A DNA stretch of 64,000 nt from an uncultured bacterium. Its GTDB lineage: Bacteria; Actinomycetota; Acidimicrobiia; Spongiisociales; UBA5794. Of the stretch, positions 1 through 9,611 are shown piece after piece. The stretch is from contig CAWDDT010000005.1 of the NCBI GenBank assembly GCA_963801165.1, positions 448,001 through 512,000 of the forward strand, written 5' to 3'. The translations under genes and the position numbers were made by a program. The notes under the pieces are model-generated. The model was given only the letters and a program-made list of their open reading frames with translations. It had not been told where the DNA came from and ran no database searches. Each line of letters opens with the position of its first letter. Positions within the stretch are counted from its first letter, which is position 1.

Positions 1-459
1 CCACACCGCCCCCCACAGACCATCGGGATACTTGCCCCGATCGTCCACGTCGACCAGAAACACAGGGATGGGGACGCGGCCATCGTCGTCGTAGTCGCTC
101 CCCGAACGAACCGAGACGATGTCCTCCCAGGGGATATCCATCATCGAGAGCGGGCCGGCAACCCTGAGTCGGATCGACTCATCGGTCAGCTCGACCATGG
201 GTCGCGCCGCCACCAGGCCCCCGAGACCGACCACGATGAGCGAGGCTCCCACCGCGGTGAAAAGCGATCCCCAGGCAATGTCGGTGCGGCGCTCGGTCTG
301 CCCCTTAGAGGTGAGAACACCGTCTGCGTTTGTCGTCGGCGGATCGGAGAGGCGGTGCAAGCTCACGATGTCCAAAGCGGCAACCAGAAGCAGGATGCCG
401 GCCGCAGCCATGAGCAACTGGCGAGTCGCCGACCGTTTGGAAGCAAACACCGTCGTCAC
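1..459 (-). CDS. Hypothetical membrane protein (2 TM segments plus a possible PH-like domain); runs off the window edge
   Basis: Open frame read manually from GTG at 459, which overlaps the pyrE stop (GTGA): VTTVFASKRSATRQLLMAAAGILLLVAALDIV...RPMVELTDESIRLRVAGPLSMMDIPWEDI; no stop before position 1. Confidence 0.7.
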   Translation of the reverse strand, partial: MTTVFASKRSATRQLLMAAAGILLLVAALDIVSLHRLSDPPTTNADGVLTSKGQTERRTDIAWGSLFTAVGASLIVVGLGGLVAARPMVELTDESIRLRVAGPLSMMDIPWEDIVSVRSGSDYDDDGRVPIPVFLVDVDDRGKYPDGLWGAVW

Positions 460-1004
460 GCGGTCACCCCCAGATCCTCGGGCAGCAGCAAAGCCACCAG
501 CGGTACTCCCAGGCTCGCCAGCAGATCCCGGGCGGCACCATCGCTGCGATCGACGAGGACAATCGCCTGGATGACGTCGACGCCCTCGGCTCGCAGCGCC
601 TCGATCGCCGCTGCCATCGATGCACCCGTCGTAACCGCATCCTCAACGACCACGGCGCGATCGCCCGCAAAGATCGGCCCGACGAGCCGGCCGCCGGTGC
701 CGTGCTCCTTCGCCTCCTTGCGCACGCTGAAGGCCCGCAGCGGTCGGTCCGCCAGGACCGCCGTGGCAACCGCAATCGGATCTGCCCCCATGGTCATACC
801 TCCGACAACGTCTACCGAGTCGTCGAGGACCTCGAGGACACATGCGGCGACGATGCGGGCTCCGGCGCCGTCGAAAGTGGTCTGCCGTCCGTCGACGTAC
901 CAGCCGGACTCCAGGCCGGAGCTCAACCGGTAGGGGCCTTCTGTGTACAGCCCGTTGGCCTGGAGATGAGCTACTAGTTCGTTTTGGTTCTCCGTGAGAT
1001 TCAT
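456..1004 (-). CDS. pyrE: Orotate phosphoribosyltransferase
   Basis: LSSGLESGWYVDGR, VRKEAKEHG and PRPP-binding VVEDAVTTGAS motifs; ATG at 1004 chosen as start. Confidence 0.93.
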   Translation of the reverse strand: MNLTENQNELVAHLQANGLYTEGPYRLSSGLESGWYVDGRQTTFDGAGARIVAACVLEVLDDSVDVVGGMTMGADPIAVATAVLADRPLRAFSVRKEAKEHGTGGRLVGPIFAGDRAVVVEDAVTTGASMAAAIEALRAEGVDVIQAIVLVDRSDGAARDLLASLGVPLVALLLPEDLGVTA

Positions 1005-1019
1005 CAAGGAAAAAACCCC

Positions 1020-1047
1020 TAAAGGATTTGGCAACGCGGACCGATAT
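1020..1047 (+). promoter_or_regulatory. Sigma28/WhiG-like promoter P1 (TAAA-N16-ACCGATAT)
   Basis: Resembles the FliA/WhiG consensus TAAA-N15/16-GCCGATAA; the same geometry recurs at 1171, 34577 and 38623. Confidence 0.6.
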
Positions 1048-1053
1048 GGTACT

Positions 1054-1123
1054 CAGACTGGATGCCTTCCTACCTCCCGTCTAAAGCCCAGAAAGAGACC
1101 GCCGCCAGGCGGTCTCTTTCTTT
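1054..1123 (+). ncRNA. Candidate small RNA 1 (5' hairpin with C/U-rich loop plus intrinsic terminator)
   Basis: AGAC-T-GGA[TGCCTTCCTACC]TCC-C-GTCT hairpin followed by GAAAGAGACCGCC-GCCA-GGCGGTCTCTTTC-TTT; begins about 7 nt after promoter P1. Confidence 0.6.
1091..1123 (+). terminator. Intrinsic terminator hairpin (possibly bidirectional)
   Basis: Perfect 13-bp stem, 4-nt loop, T-rich tail. Confidence 0.8.
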
Positions 1124-1170
1124 GTGCACTCTGTCTCCGGAGAATCCCGAGAAAATATCTCAGAAATTCC

Positions 1171-1198
1171 TCAAGGTTCTCATTATCGGGACCGACAT
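1171..1198 (+). promoter_or_regulatory. Sigma28/WhiG-like promoter P2 (TCAA-N16-ACCGACAT)
   Basis: Same spacing and -10 core (ACCGA) as P1. Confidence 0.6.
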
Positions 1199-1205
1199 AT
1201 TCGCT

Positions 1206-1270
1206 CGGGAAGACTCCTTCTCCTTCCGTACTCGCACCGGAGGCCGCCGTCAGGCGGCCTCTAGTGTTTT
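1206..1270 (+). ncRNA. Candidate small RNA 2, paralog of sRNA 1
   Basis: GGAAG[ACTCCTTCTC]CTTCC hairpin followed by GAGGCCGCC-GTCA-GGCGGCCTC-TAGTGTTTT; begins about 7 nt after promoter P2. Confidence 0.6.
1235..1270 (+). terminator. Intrinsic terminator hairpin
   Basis: 9-bp perfect GC-rich stem at 1240-1261, extended by CAC/GTG and followed by TTTT. Confidence 0.7.
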
Positions 1271-1284
1271 CCGAGGAGCTCCGA

Positions 1285-4200
1285 TCAGCCGGATGGTTCC
1301 CCGTCCTGATCACGCCCGTTATAGATCTGGCTCGCCAGCACCAGACCGATCCCGAACATGGTCAGCAGCGCACCCCATAGAGCCAGGACATCCACGTCGA
1401 ACCCGGTCAGAGGCAAACCGGCCTGAAAGCCGAAGTTGGCGTCGAGGACATGGACGCCACCGGTGAGATCCACCGTGGTAACCATATCGATGACCCCGTC
1501 CCGATCCCACGTAGGTCGCAGATGGCCGGGAACGGATGCGTAGTCGATCTGGACCACATATGTTCCGGGGAACAGATCGTCGAACCCGTACGACCCGCCC
1601 CCGTCCGTGCCGGTGAATGCGACAAGACTGCCGAGCTCGTCATAGAGGTTGACCAGGACCGCGGACACACCATCCTCCCCGGCATCCACCACCCCGTTGC
1701 CGTTTCCGTCGACCCACACCTTCGAACCGACCCGGAGCATCAGGGCGATCCCGAAGTCCGCCGCTGCCGTACCCGCCGGATCCACGACGATTGGCACGTC
1801 CGTGGCAGTTGTCGGGCTCATCCCGAGAGGCACAGACAGAGGATCGATCGCCGTGTCGTATATGCCCGGGGGCAGATTCTCGATCCGCCAGGCTCCGAAC
1901 GCGTCGGTCTCGCCAGCAAGCAAGACGTCGCCCGACTGATCTCGCCAGACCACGTCGATCCCCACCGAGGCGACCCCGACCTCGGCGTCGCCGCGCAACT
2001 CGTCCCCGTCGCGATCGTTCCAAACGGTCCCGCCTATCGTGCCGGTGCCGGTCGTCCTGAAGTCGATGCCGGCAACGGTCGCTCCTGCGCCCAGAGTCAC
2101 CGGAATCGGGTTGTCGCCGGTCAGCGCCAGCCCATCGGGAAGCGAAGCCTCGTCGAACTCGATCTCGTAGAACCCCGACGGCAGACCGGGTACGTGATAC
2201 GTACCGTCGGTTCCGGTCACGGCGGTGAAGACCGCATCGGTACCGGTGGGGGCGTCCGGACCGAGGTACGTGATGGTGACGACCCCGTCCCGGACACCGG
2301 GTTCCCCGGTTTGCCGGTCGCCGTCGCTATCGACATCGATCCATATCGTGCCGGCAGCCGTTCCGTCGCCCCTCAGCCCGAAATCGATCTCGCGATGAGT
2401 CTCGTAGGGGCCGATAACCAGCTGGGTCGCGCCGTCCGTCACCGTATCCGGATCAGATGCGGGACCCACTCCTGGGGGCACGGCGGTACCGTCGATCGCC
2501 ACCAGGCAGGTGCCCGGGGGCAGGTCGGTGAAGAGATAGCCGCCCGTGCCGTCCGTCGTTGCCGCCCAGGTGACGTCGTCACCGGTCGCCAATGACCCGT
2601 CCCACCCCGCCCATGTGAGAGACACCGGGACGTCGCTCATTCCCGGCTCCCGCGGCGACTGCATGCCGTCGGCGTCGAGATCCCAGAAGACGGAGTCGCC
2701 AACGGTACCGCCACCCGCATAACCGAAATCGATCGCGGTCTCGGTATCACCCGGGTTGACACCGGCTATGACCGTCCGCCCGTCCCCGTTGCCGTCGGGG
2801 TCCCCGCTGTTGCCCAGCCCGTCGGCGATGCCCGACACGACGGCAACCTCGAAGTTGCCCGCCGGGAGCCCTGTGGCGACATAGCCGCCGTCGAGGTCGG
2901 AGGTGGTCGCTACCGCAACGAAATCGTCTCCGCCTCCGGCGACCCCGTCGCCTCCCAGCCACGTCACCGTGATACCGGCATCAGGCACCCCGGGCTCCCC
3001 GGCGTCCGTGCTCCCGTCGGCGTCGACGTCGAGCCACACCAGGTCGCCTATCTGCGCGGTGCCGTGATAGCCGAAGTCGCTGCCGTGGTCGGTGGCGCCG
3101 CCCGCCAGGGTGACATCGACACCCGAGTTGTGGTCGCCGTCCTCGTCATAGGTGTTGTCTGCCCGTGAGACGATCACACCGGTGATCGCGATGCGATATG
3201 TCCCCGGTGGCAGGTTGGCAAACAGGTAGCTGCCGTCTCCATCGGTCGCCAGGTCGTAGATCTCGTCGTCGGCCGTACCGATCACGTTGTCGCCGCCGGC
3301 CGCGATCATCTCGACGTCCTGGCCCGGGATCCCCGGCTCATCGGCGCCCACCGTCCCGTCGCCGTTCTGGTCGAACCAGACGAGATCACCGATCGACCCG
3401 GTTCCGTAGTAGCCGAAATCAGCGCTCAGGTGGGTCTCGCCTTCGGCCACAGCAAATAGGGTCCGGTCGTCGAGCACGCCGTCTTCGTCATTGGAACCGA
3501 CCATCCCCGAGGGGAGCGATGCCGGGTCGACAACAACGGCGTAGTTGCCGGGCGGCAGATTCGACACAAGGTAGCTGCCGTCGGGGCCTGTCGTGGCGGT
3601 GAAGGTCTCGTCGTCTGCGGTGGCGTGGATCCCGTCGGGGCCCGCCCAGATCACGTCGACCACCACACCCTCGATCCCGTACTCGGCCGTACCGGGCGCG
3701 CCGTCACCGTCCTGGTCGAACCAGATCAAGTCGCCGATGTCGGCACCGCCGTCGTACCCGAAGTCCTGGGTATCGTCGGTGGCGCCGCCGGCAAGCGTCG
3801 TCACCGATCGGTGCAAGGTCGATAGACCGTCGTAGTCGTGGGTTGGGATTACGCCGGTTGGGAGCGAACCCGGATCGACCGCCACCCCATAACCGCCCGC
3901 GGGCAGACCGGAGACGCCGTAGTTGCCGTCGATATCGGTTGTCGTGTCCAGAGTGAAGTCATCGGCCGTTGCCGGCGTCCCGTCGACACCGAACCATGTC
4001 ACCGCAACGTCGACAGCGGGGAGACCGGGCTCGGCCACGTCCTGGACACCGTCCGAATCGATATCGAGCCAGATGTAGTCGCCGATCGATCCGGTGCCTT
4101 CGTACCCGAAGTCGGCGGTGAGATGGATCTCGTCGACCGTCAGACCCGCGACGAGGCTGACCCCATCGAGGCCTCCGTCTTCGTCATACGTCTGCACCAA

Positions 4201-7200
4201 GCCGCCCGGGACTCCCGAGTCGATCACCACCCGGTAGTCACCCGCCGGGAGGTCCGCGAGAAGAAAGCCGCCGCCGGCACCGGTCGTAGTTGCGAACGAC
4301 AAGTCGTCGCCGTTGCCGAACGTACCGTCGAGACCGGCGTAAGTGAGAGCCACGGCCACTCCCGGGATGCCCGGTTCCCCGGCGTCGAGGGCACCGTTGC
4401 CGTCGAGGTCCCACCAGACGATGTCACCGATTGAGGCCGTACCGTGAAAACCGAAGTCGGCGGTGAGATGGGTCTCCCCGTCGCTGAGGGTGACCACCGC
4501 CGTTGCATCGCTCCCCCCGTCCTCGTCAAACGTGTTGGGGGCGGCCTCAGGAAGCCCCGCGAGGATCGTCACCTGGTACTCGCCGGGCGGCATGTTGGCG
4601 AATGTGTACAGCCCGTCTGAGTCGGTTGAGGTCAAGAACGGCTCGTCGTCACCACCCCCGAGCACACCATCCTCGCCGGGCCATGTCAGCTGAACGGGCA
4701 CGCCGACGATCCCCGGTTCGGTGCCATCCTGCACACCGTCTCCGTCGCGGTCGAGCCACACAAAGTCGCCGAGGGTGCCAGTGCCGGCATAGCCGAAGTC
4801 CTCGTCCGGGTCGACGGTACCGCCCCCAAGGATGACGACTGTGGACCCCGGCGTCCCCACCCCGTCGGTGTCGTACGTGGCCCCCATCCCGGCGGGCACC
4901 GTCGCATCGTCGATGTCGATCGTGTAGATGCCTCCGGGGAGACGGGAGATCAGGAACCCGCCGGAGCCGTCTGTCGCCGTCGTGTAGACGACGTCGTCTC
5001 CGCCCGGAACACCGTCCAGGCCGAGCCACGTGACGGTCAGCGTGACGCCCTCCAAGCGATACTCGGCGCCGTCGAGCATCCCATCCCGGTCGCTGTCGAA
5101 CCAGACCGTGCCACCGATGCTCCCGCTTCCGGTGTAGCCGAAGTCGACGTCGAGCTTGTCCTCGCTCTCCCCCAGCGGGCCCGGTCCCCAGCCGCCGTCC
5201 GGACTCAGCGTCCCCCCGTCGAGGTCGTATGAGGGGACAAAGCCGGCCGGGATGTCGGAGGCATCCACCACCACGGTGTACGAGCCACCCGGCAGGTGCT
5301 CGACCAGAGCTGAGCCGTCGCTTGCAGTGGTCACGAGATGCGGCTCGTCGTCGCCGCTGACCACCCCATCGAGACCCAGATACGTCATTGTGAGATCGAC
5401 GCCCGGGAACGGCGGCTCGCCTGCGTCCCACACGCCGTCGGCGTCGACGTCGAACCACACTGCGCTCCCGATGGACGCCAGATCGAGCTCGACTTGCACC
5501 GTATCGGCCGTCACGTTGTCGTAGTTGCGATACGTGAAGGTCGGATTTGCGGCCCGCGCCGCAGCCGCTACCGCGTAGTACGACGTGATGTCCGCAGTAT
5601 TGGTTGCCTCCCTGCTCCCGTCGTCTTCATCGCTCGAGTTGAGACTCGCATCCACCGTCGCCTCATAGGTTCGGGTCAGCGAAGCGCCGGGGGCGAGCGG
5701 GCCGGGATCGGTCCAGGTGATGGTCCCGCCGACACCATCACCCGGAGTCGGGTCGGCCACCCACACCCCGCCGCCGGGGACGGGCAGCGTGACGGCGAGA
5801 CCTTCGGGCAAGGTGTCGACGATCACCAGGTCATACGCCGCTGATGTGTGGCTTGCGCTCGAGCCCGTTGCGACGATCGTGAACGACAAATTCTCGCCGG
5901 GGACCGCCCGGCGATAGTCGCCATCTCCGACCTGGCCGGCTACGTCCTTGTCGATCGTCAATCGCGGCTCGACAACGGTGACCGTGTCCGTCGCAGGCCC
6001 GACGGCGACATCGAACGAAGACGGGAGCGGTACCGACGACGGCGTTCCCGCGATCTTGTCAGTCTGGTTGCCGTACACCGACGCCGAGCTCACCCGGGTG
6101 TTGCCCGCCACTCCGGAATCCAGCAGGTGCGCCCGGTACTCGATCGTGACGACTCGCTCTTCTCCGGTTGCACTCGAAATGTCGATGTCCCCGAAGAAGA
6201 ACGCGGCAGTCGTCGATCCCGCAATACCGATCTCGGTTGCGGTGACCATCGGGTCACACGGCCCGCCTCCCATGTCACAGTTCGACGAAACGAGCCCGTC
6301 GAACTCCATCCCGGCGGGCAGCGAGTCGATCACAGTGGCGTCATACATGATGGTTCCGGGTGGCATCGTGACGTCGAGGGTGTAGGTGACGACGTCGCCG
6401 ATCGTTGCCGACCCGGGATCGACATCGCGCGACAACCCGGCGAGCGGGGTGTTGAGGATGCGCCCGGCTGAGGCGTGGTAGCCGGTCCCTGCCGAACGCT
6501 CTACCGCGGCGGCCCCGGCTATCGACGAACCATCGACGGTCACCGTGTTGACAAAGGTCGTGCTGACGACAACCGGATCGTCGATCGTGACCTCATACGT
6601 GCGAGCCAGCGACGACGCTGCCGCAAGCGATGCGACCGACCAGGTTATCGTGCCGCCGACGCCGTCACCGGGTGTGCCGTCGGCCGCCCACACGCCGCCG
6701 TCGGGCACCGGGATGGTGAGCGTCACTCCCTCGGGAAGCGTGTCGACGATCTCCAGGTCATGGGCGGTGCCGACGCTGGTGGTCGCCGGGTTCGTGACGG
6801 TGAGGGTGTAATCGACCGTCTCGTTGCCCACAACCGTGCCGTTGTTGCCGATGCTGTCCACGCTCGTCTTGGCGATGCTCAGCAGCGGCTCCACCACAGT
6901 CGTGCTGACCGAGGTTCCCTTCGTGTGAAAAACGGCGTTCTGGTCGAGCCAGGTGAACGCCGCGGAGTTGCCGATCGATGTGCCCCGGCTGTTGGCCGGG
7001 ACATCGATAACCCGCGCCACCAGAGTGAGCACGAGGGTGTCGTTCCCTGTCCCGGGCGCGTTTCTGTAAGACGGATCGGGAAAGTCGATGGTGACGCTGT
7101 CGGCCGCTCCGTCCTCCGTCAACACCAGAGCTTCCTCACCGTCGAAGGTGTGGCTCGACGACACGAGATCGAGGTTGGCAGGGAGATCATCGAACAGCCG

Positions 7201-8889
7201 CGCGTCCCAGACGGTGGTGCCCTCGGGGACGGCGAGGGTCACTGTGTAGGTGATCAACTCACCGATAGTCGCCTGGCTAGAGGCGTTGTTCCCCGACTCG
7301 GTGATCCCGGTGGTACGAGTGCTGGCGAGCGTCACCGCAGGGGTGACGACGTTCGAGGCATCGTCGGCCGACGCCGTGTTGCTGCTTCCTGCACCCGCGT
7401 CGACATTGCTGCTGGGAACGTAGGAGAAGGGATCGTTGTTCGTGGCCGAGGTGTAGGACACCACCCCGGCGTGATTGCCCAGCGTGGTCGACGGAGCGAT
7501 CCCGGAGGGAATCGTGGCGTCGTACGTGACCGCGACGGTGGCTCCCGCGCCAACCGAGAGCGTGCTGGGCCCCGTCCACTCGACACGGTTGGCTGCGTCG
7601 TCGCACGCCCCGCCGTCGCTGATGGTCGAGATCTGGGAGGTGCACGGCGCCAGCAAATCCGGGAGCAGATCCCAGACCACCACATCGGCCGCGTCGACAC
7701 CACCGGAGTTGCTGACAGACAGGCGGTAGGTGACGACGTCGTCTTCCTTCACCGTGACTCCGTCGAGGCTGCCTCCCGTACTCACCGTATTCACCGCGAT
7801 GACACCCTTGGTCAGATGCACCTCGGGTTCCAGGACCTTCACGATGGCCGCGTCCGAGTTAGTGATGGTCGACCCGCTCGTGGTGTGGTGGTAGTGGTTG
7901 GCGATACTGGTGACGTTCTGCCCCGATGACGTTGCTGCGGGTTTGGTGATCGTGGTTGACACGACCACTTCCAGACGTTCCCCGGACGCCACGTAGCCGG
8001 CGCCGTCACCGATGTTCCAGGTCAGCGTGCCGGCTCCGGTGACGACGCCCGCTCCGTCGACATCGGAGACCGGGACGGTGTTGCCCGATCCGGGTGCCCA
8101 GGTGTCGTTGGCCGTGTAGGTCTGCCCTGTCGGCACCGGAAACGTGACCTGCGAGTCGGCGGTGGTGAGACCGCTCGGGTAGACGACGCTGATCCGCCAG
8201 CAGACCTGGTCACCGACCCGGTAGCTCGTGGCGGCCGTGTCGTTCCACGTCAGTCCCGCCCCGTCGGAGCAAACAGCCGGCTGGGTCAGGGTCGCGGGTC
8301 GGGTGGCGATCTCCTCGGTGACCGCCACCCCGCCCGCGGTCTGGCCGACCGTGGCGGTGTCGTTGACGTCGGTTCCGTCCACCGTGCCGTCCACCCTGGC
8401 GGCATTGGTCCACGAATCCCGTGCCAGAACGGGCGTGTCATCGGCGAAGCCCTCCTGGTAGTACGCCCCGGCCTCGGTGGAGAAGGTGATCTGGGTCTGG
8501 GTCGATGGCCCCATGTCTGCCAGATACCAGATCAACGTCCATGTTCCGTTGCTGTTCTCGGTGGCTGTGGTGTAGTCGGGCGAAGCGGCCACCCCCCCGG
8601 TGCAGTCGGGGTCGCCCGCTCCGTCAGGACACAACCCGTCGGGCAGCGTGTCGGTGACAACGATGCCCGTGGCCATGGTCATATCGGCCGAGGTACCCAC
8701 TGTCAGCGTCCAGTTGCTCACAGCACCCTGGAAGATGGCGTTGTTGTCGACGGCGACGGCGACGGTGAGGTCGTCGACAGCCGCCTCCGCTCGCGGGGAG
8801 CCCGGAATGAGCACGACAGCGCCCAGGAACGTGAGGAAGGCGAGGACGACGCGCAGCACACGCGCTAGGTATCCAGGCTTCGCAGTCAC
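1285..8889 (-). CDS. Giant cell-surface adhesin-like protein: signal peptide, several DUF11/isopeptide-type Ig domains, ~12 SdrD-B-like repeats, LPXTG anchor
   Basis: Signal ending PRAEA after a GTG at 8889 with GAGG RBS; repeated (I/V)xDTLPxG and TYTL motifs; 12 GDxVWxDxDxDG repeats; C-terminal LPLTG followed by a hydrophobic helix. Confidence 0.88.
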   Translation of the reverse strand: MTAKPGYLARVLRVVLAFLTFLGAVVLIPGSPRAEAAVDDLTVAVAVDNNAIFQGAVSNWTLTVGTSADMTMATGIVVTDTLPDGLCPDGAGDPDCTGGVAASPDYTTATENSNGTWTLIWYLADMGPSTQTQITFSTEAGAYYQEGFADDTPVLARDSWTNAARVDGTVDGTDVNDTATVGQTAGGVAVTEEIATRPATLTQPAVCSDGAGLTWNDTAATSYRVGDQVCWRISVVYPSGLTTADSQVTFPVPTGQTYTANDTWAPGSGNTVPVSDVDGAGVVTGAGTLTWNIGDGAGYVASGERLEVVVSTTITKPAATSSGQNVTSIANHYHHTTSGSTITNSDAAIVKVLEPEVHLTKGVIAVNTVSTGGSLDGVTVKEDDVVTYRLSVSNSGGVDAADVVVWDLLPDLLAPCTSQISTISDGGACDDAANRVEWTGPSTLSVGAGATVAVTYDATIPSGIAPSTTLGNHAGVVSYTSATNNDPFSYVPSSNVDAGAGSSNTASADDASNVVTPAVTLASTRTTGITESGNNASSQATIGELITYTVTLAVPEGTTVWDARLFDDLPANLDLVSSSHTFDGEEALVLTEDGAADSVTIDFPDPSYRNAPGTGNDTLVLTLVARVIDVPANSRGTSIGNSAAFTWLDQNAVFHTKGTSVSTTVVEPLLSIAKTSVDSIGNNGTVVGNETVDYTLTVTNPATTSVGTAHDLEIVDTLPEGVTLTIPVPDGGVWAADGTPGDGVGGTITWSVASLAAASSLARTYEVTIDDPVVVSTTFVNTVTVDGSSIAGAAAVERSAGTGYHASAGRILNTPLAGLSRDVDPGSATIGDVVTYTLDVTMPPGTIMYDATVIDSLPAGMEFDGLVSSNCDMGGGPCDPMVTATEIGIAGSTTAAFFFGDIDISSATGEERVVTIEYRAHLLDSGVAGNTRVSSASVYGNQTDKIAGTPSSVPLPSSFDVAVGPATDTVTVVEPRLTIDKDVAGQVGDGDYRRAVPGENLSFTIVATGSSASHTSAAYDLVIVDTLPEGLAVTLPVPGGGVWVADPTPGDGVGGTITWTDPGPLAPGASLTRTYEATVDASLNSSDEDDGSREATNTADITSYYAVAAAARAANPTFTYRNYDNVTADTVQVELDLASIGSAVWFDVDADGVWDAGEPPFPGVDLTMTYLGLDGVVSGDDEPHLVTTASDGSALVEHLPGGSYTVVVDASDIPAGFVPSYDLDGGTLSPDGGWGPGPLGESEDKLDVDFGYTGSGSIGGTVWFDSDRDGMLDGAEYRLEGVTLTVTWLGLDGVPGGDDVVYTTATDGSGGFLISRLPGGIYTIDIDDATVPAGMGATYDTDGVGTPGSTVVILGGGTVDPDEDFGYAGTGTLGDFVWLDRDGDGVQDGTEPGIVGVPVQLTWPGEDGVLGGGDDEPFLTSTDSDGLYTFANMPPGEYQVTILAGLPEAAPNTFDEDGGSDATAVVTLSDGETHLTADFGFHGTASIGDIVWWDLDGNGALDAGEPGIPGVAVALTYAGLDGTFGNGDDLSFATTTGAGGGFLLADLPAGDYRVVIDSGVPGGLVQTYDEDGGLDGVSLVAGLTVDEIHLTADFGYEGTGSIGDYIWLDIDSDGVQDVAEPGLPAVDVAVTWFGVDGTPATADDFTLDTTTDIDGNYGVSGLPAGGYGVAVDPGSLPTGVIPTHDYDGLSTLHRSVTTLAGGATDDTQDFGYDGGADIGDLIWFDQDGDGAPGTAEYGIEGVVVDVIWAGPDGIHATADDETFTATTGPDGSYLVSNLPPGNYAVVVDPASLPSGMVGSNDEDGVLDDRTLFAVAEGETHLSADFGYYGTGSIGDLVWFDQNGDGTVGADEPGIPGQDVEMIAAGGDNVIGTADDEIYDLATDGDGSYLFANLPPGTYRIAITGVIVSRADNTYDEDGDHNSGVDVTLAGGATDHGSDFGYHGTAQIGDLVWLDVDADGSTDAGEPGVPDAGITVTWLGGDGVAGGGDDFVAVATTSDLDGGYVATGLPAGNFEVAVVSGIADGLGNSGDPDGNGDGRTVIAGVNPGDTETAIDFGYAGGGTVGDSVFWDLDADGMQSPREPGMSDVPVSLTWAGWDGSLATGDDVTWAATTDGTGGYLFTDLPPGTCLVAIDGTAVPPGVGPASDPDTVTDGATQLVIGPYETHREIDFGLRGDGTAAGTIWIDVDSDGDRQTGEPGVRDGVVTITYLGPDAPTGTDAVFTAVTGTDGTYHVPGLPSGFYEIEFDEASLPDGLALTGDNPIPVTLGAGATVAGIDFRTTGTGTIGGTVWNDRDGDELRGDAEVGVASVGIDVVWRDQSGDVLLAGETDAFGAWRIENLPPGIYDTAIDPLSVPLGMSPTTATDVPIVVDPAGTAAADFGIALMLRVGSKVWVDGNGNGVVDAGEDGVSAVLVNLYDELGSLVAFTGTDGGGSYGFDDLFPGTYVVQIDYASVPGHLRPTWDRDGVIDMVTTVDLTGGVHVLDANFGFQAGLPLTGFDVDVLALWGALLTMFGIGLVLASQIYNGRDQDGEPSG

Positions 8890-9010
8890 ATTCACCTCAC
8901 GGCGGCGGGAGATTCCGGTTACTCCGACCACCATCCCTGTCGGCATGGACGAGGCGGAGATAACGCCAGGAACACGGGGGCGACACCGTGGGGTGCGCTT
9001 GGCGACGGGG

Positions 9011-9601
9011 CTAGACGGACATACCCCGGATCAGGAACTCGACTGCGATTTCTGCGATCTCATGGACCTGGCCCTTGGGGTCGGCGGTGTCCATGATGGT
9101 CCGGCCAGCGCCCATGATGATTTGGAACATGAGCTGGCCGGCTACCCGGTGCGGCAGGTCCCGGAAGACACCTGCAGCGACACCGTCCGCGTACACCCCG
9201 GCCAGCGCCCCAACCAGACCGGCATGAGCCGCGGCCACCCGCTGTTGCGCGTCGTCGGAGAGTTGCATGGCTTCGGTGTGAAGGATGAGACCGAGGTGGT
9301 CCAGCCCTACGAACTCCACCGTCCTGGTCCCAAGCTCCCGCATCCGTGCGACCGGATCGGCGTCAGCCGGGATGCCGCCGACGATCTCAGCAATGAGCGC
9401 GGGAAGCCGCTCTTCGACGAGCTGCACGAGAAGGTCCTCGGTACTTTCGAAGTACTCGTAGAACGTGGTGCGCCCGATCCCGATCTCGGCAGCCAGATCC
9501 GCATGCGTAGTGTCCCGAAAGCCGTGGTTCACGAACGACTCGAGCGCCGCGTCGAATAGGGCAACCCGTGTCTCTTCACGTGAAGACCGGCGACTCGGCA
9601 T
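9011..9601 (-). CDS. TetR/AcrR family transcriptional regulator
   Basis: HTH region GFRDTTHADLAAEIGIGRTTFYEYF; ATG at 9601 with GGAGG RBS. Confidence 0.92.
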   Translation of the reverse strand: MPSRRSSREETRVALFDAALESFVNHGFRDTTHADLAAEIGIGRTTFYEYFESTEDLLVQLVEERLPALIAEIVGGIPADADPVARMRELGTRTVEFVGLDHLGLILHTEAMQLSDDAQQRVAAAHAGLVGALAGVYADGVAAGVFRDLPHRVAGQLMFQIIMGAGRTIMDTADPKGQVHEIAEIAVEFLIRGMSV

Positions 9602-9611
9602 CAGACCTCCG

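Noticed and set aside
1053-1313. 86-aa minus-strand ORF (and + strand ORFs 994-1380 and 1062-1466) across the sRNA region
   Set aside because: It overlaps the adhesin stop, runs through two terminator hairpins and has no recognisable motif; the duplicated promoter-plus-hairpin architecture explains the region better.
9573-9586. Palindrome TCTTCACGTGAAGA resembling parS
   Set aside because: The outer bases deviate from GTTTCACGTGAAAC on both arms and it lies within the tetR coding sequence; it may be chance or a TetR operator, and is unsupported.
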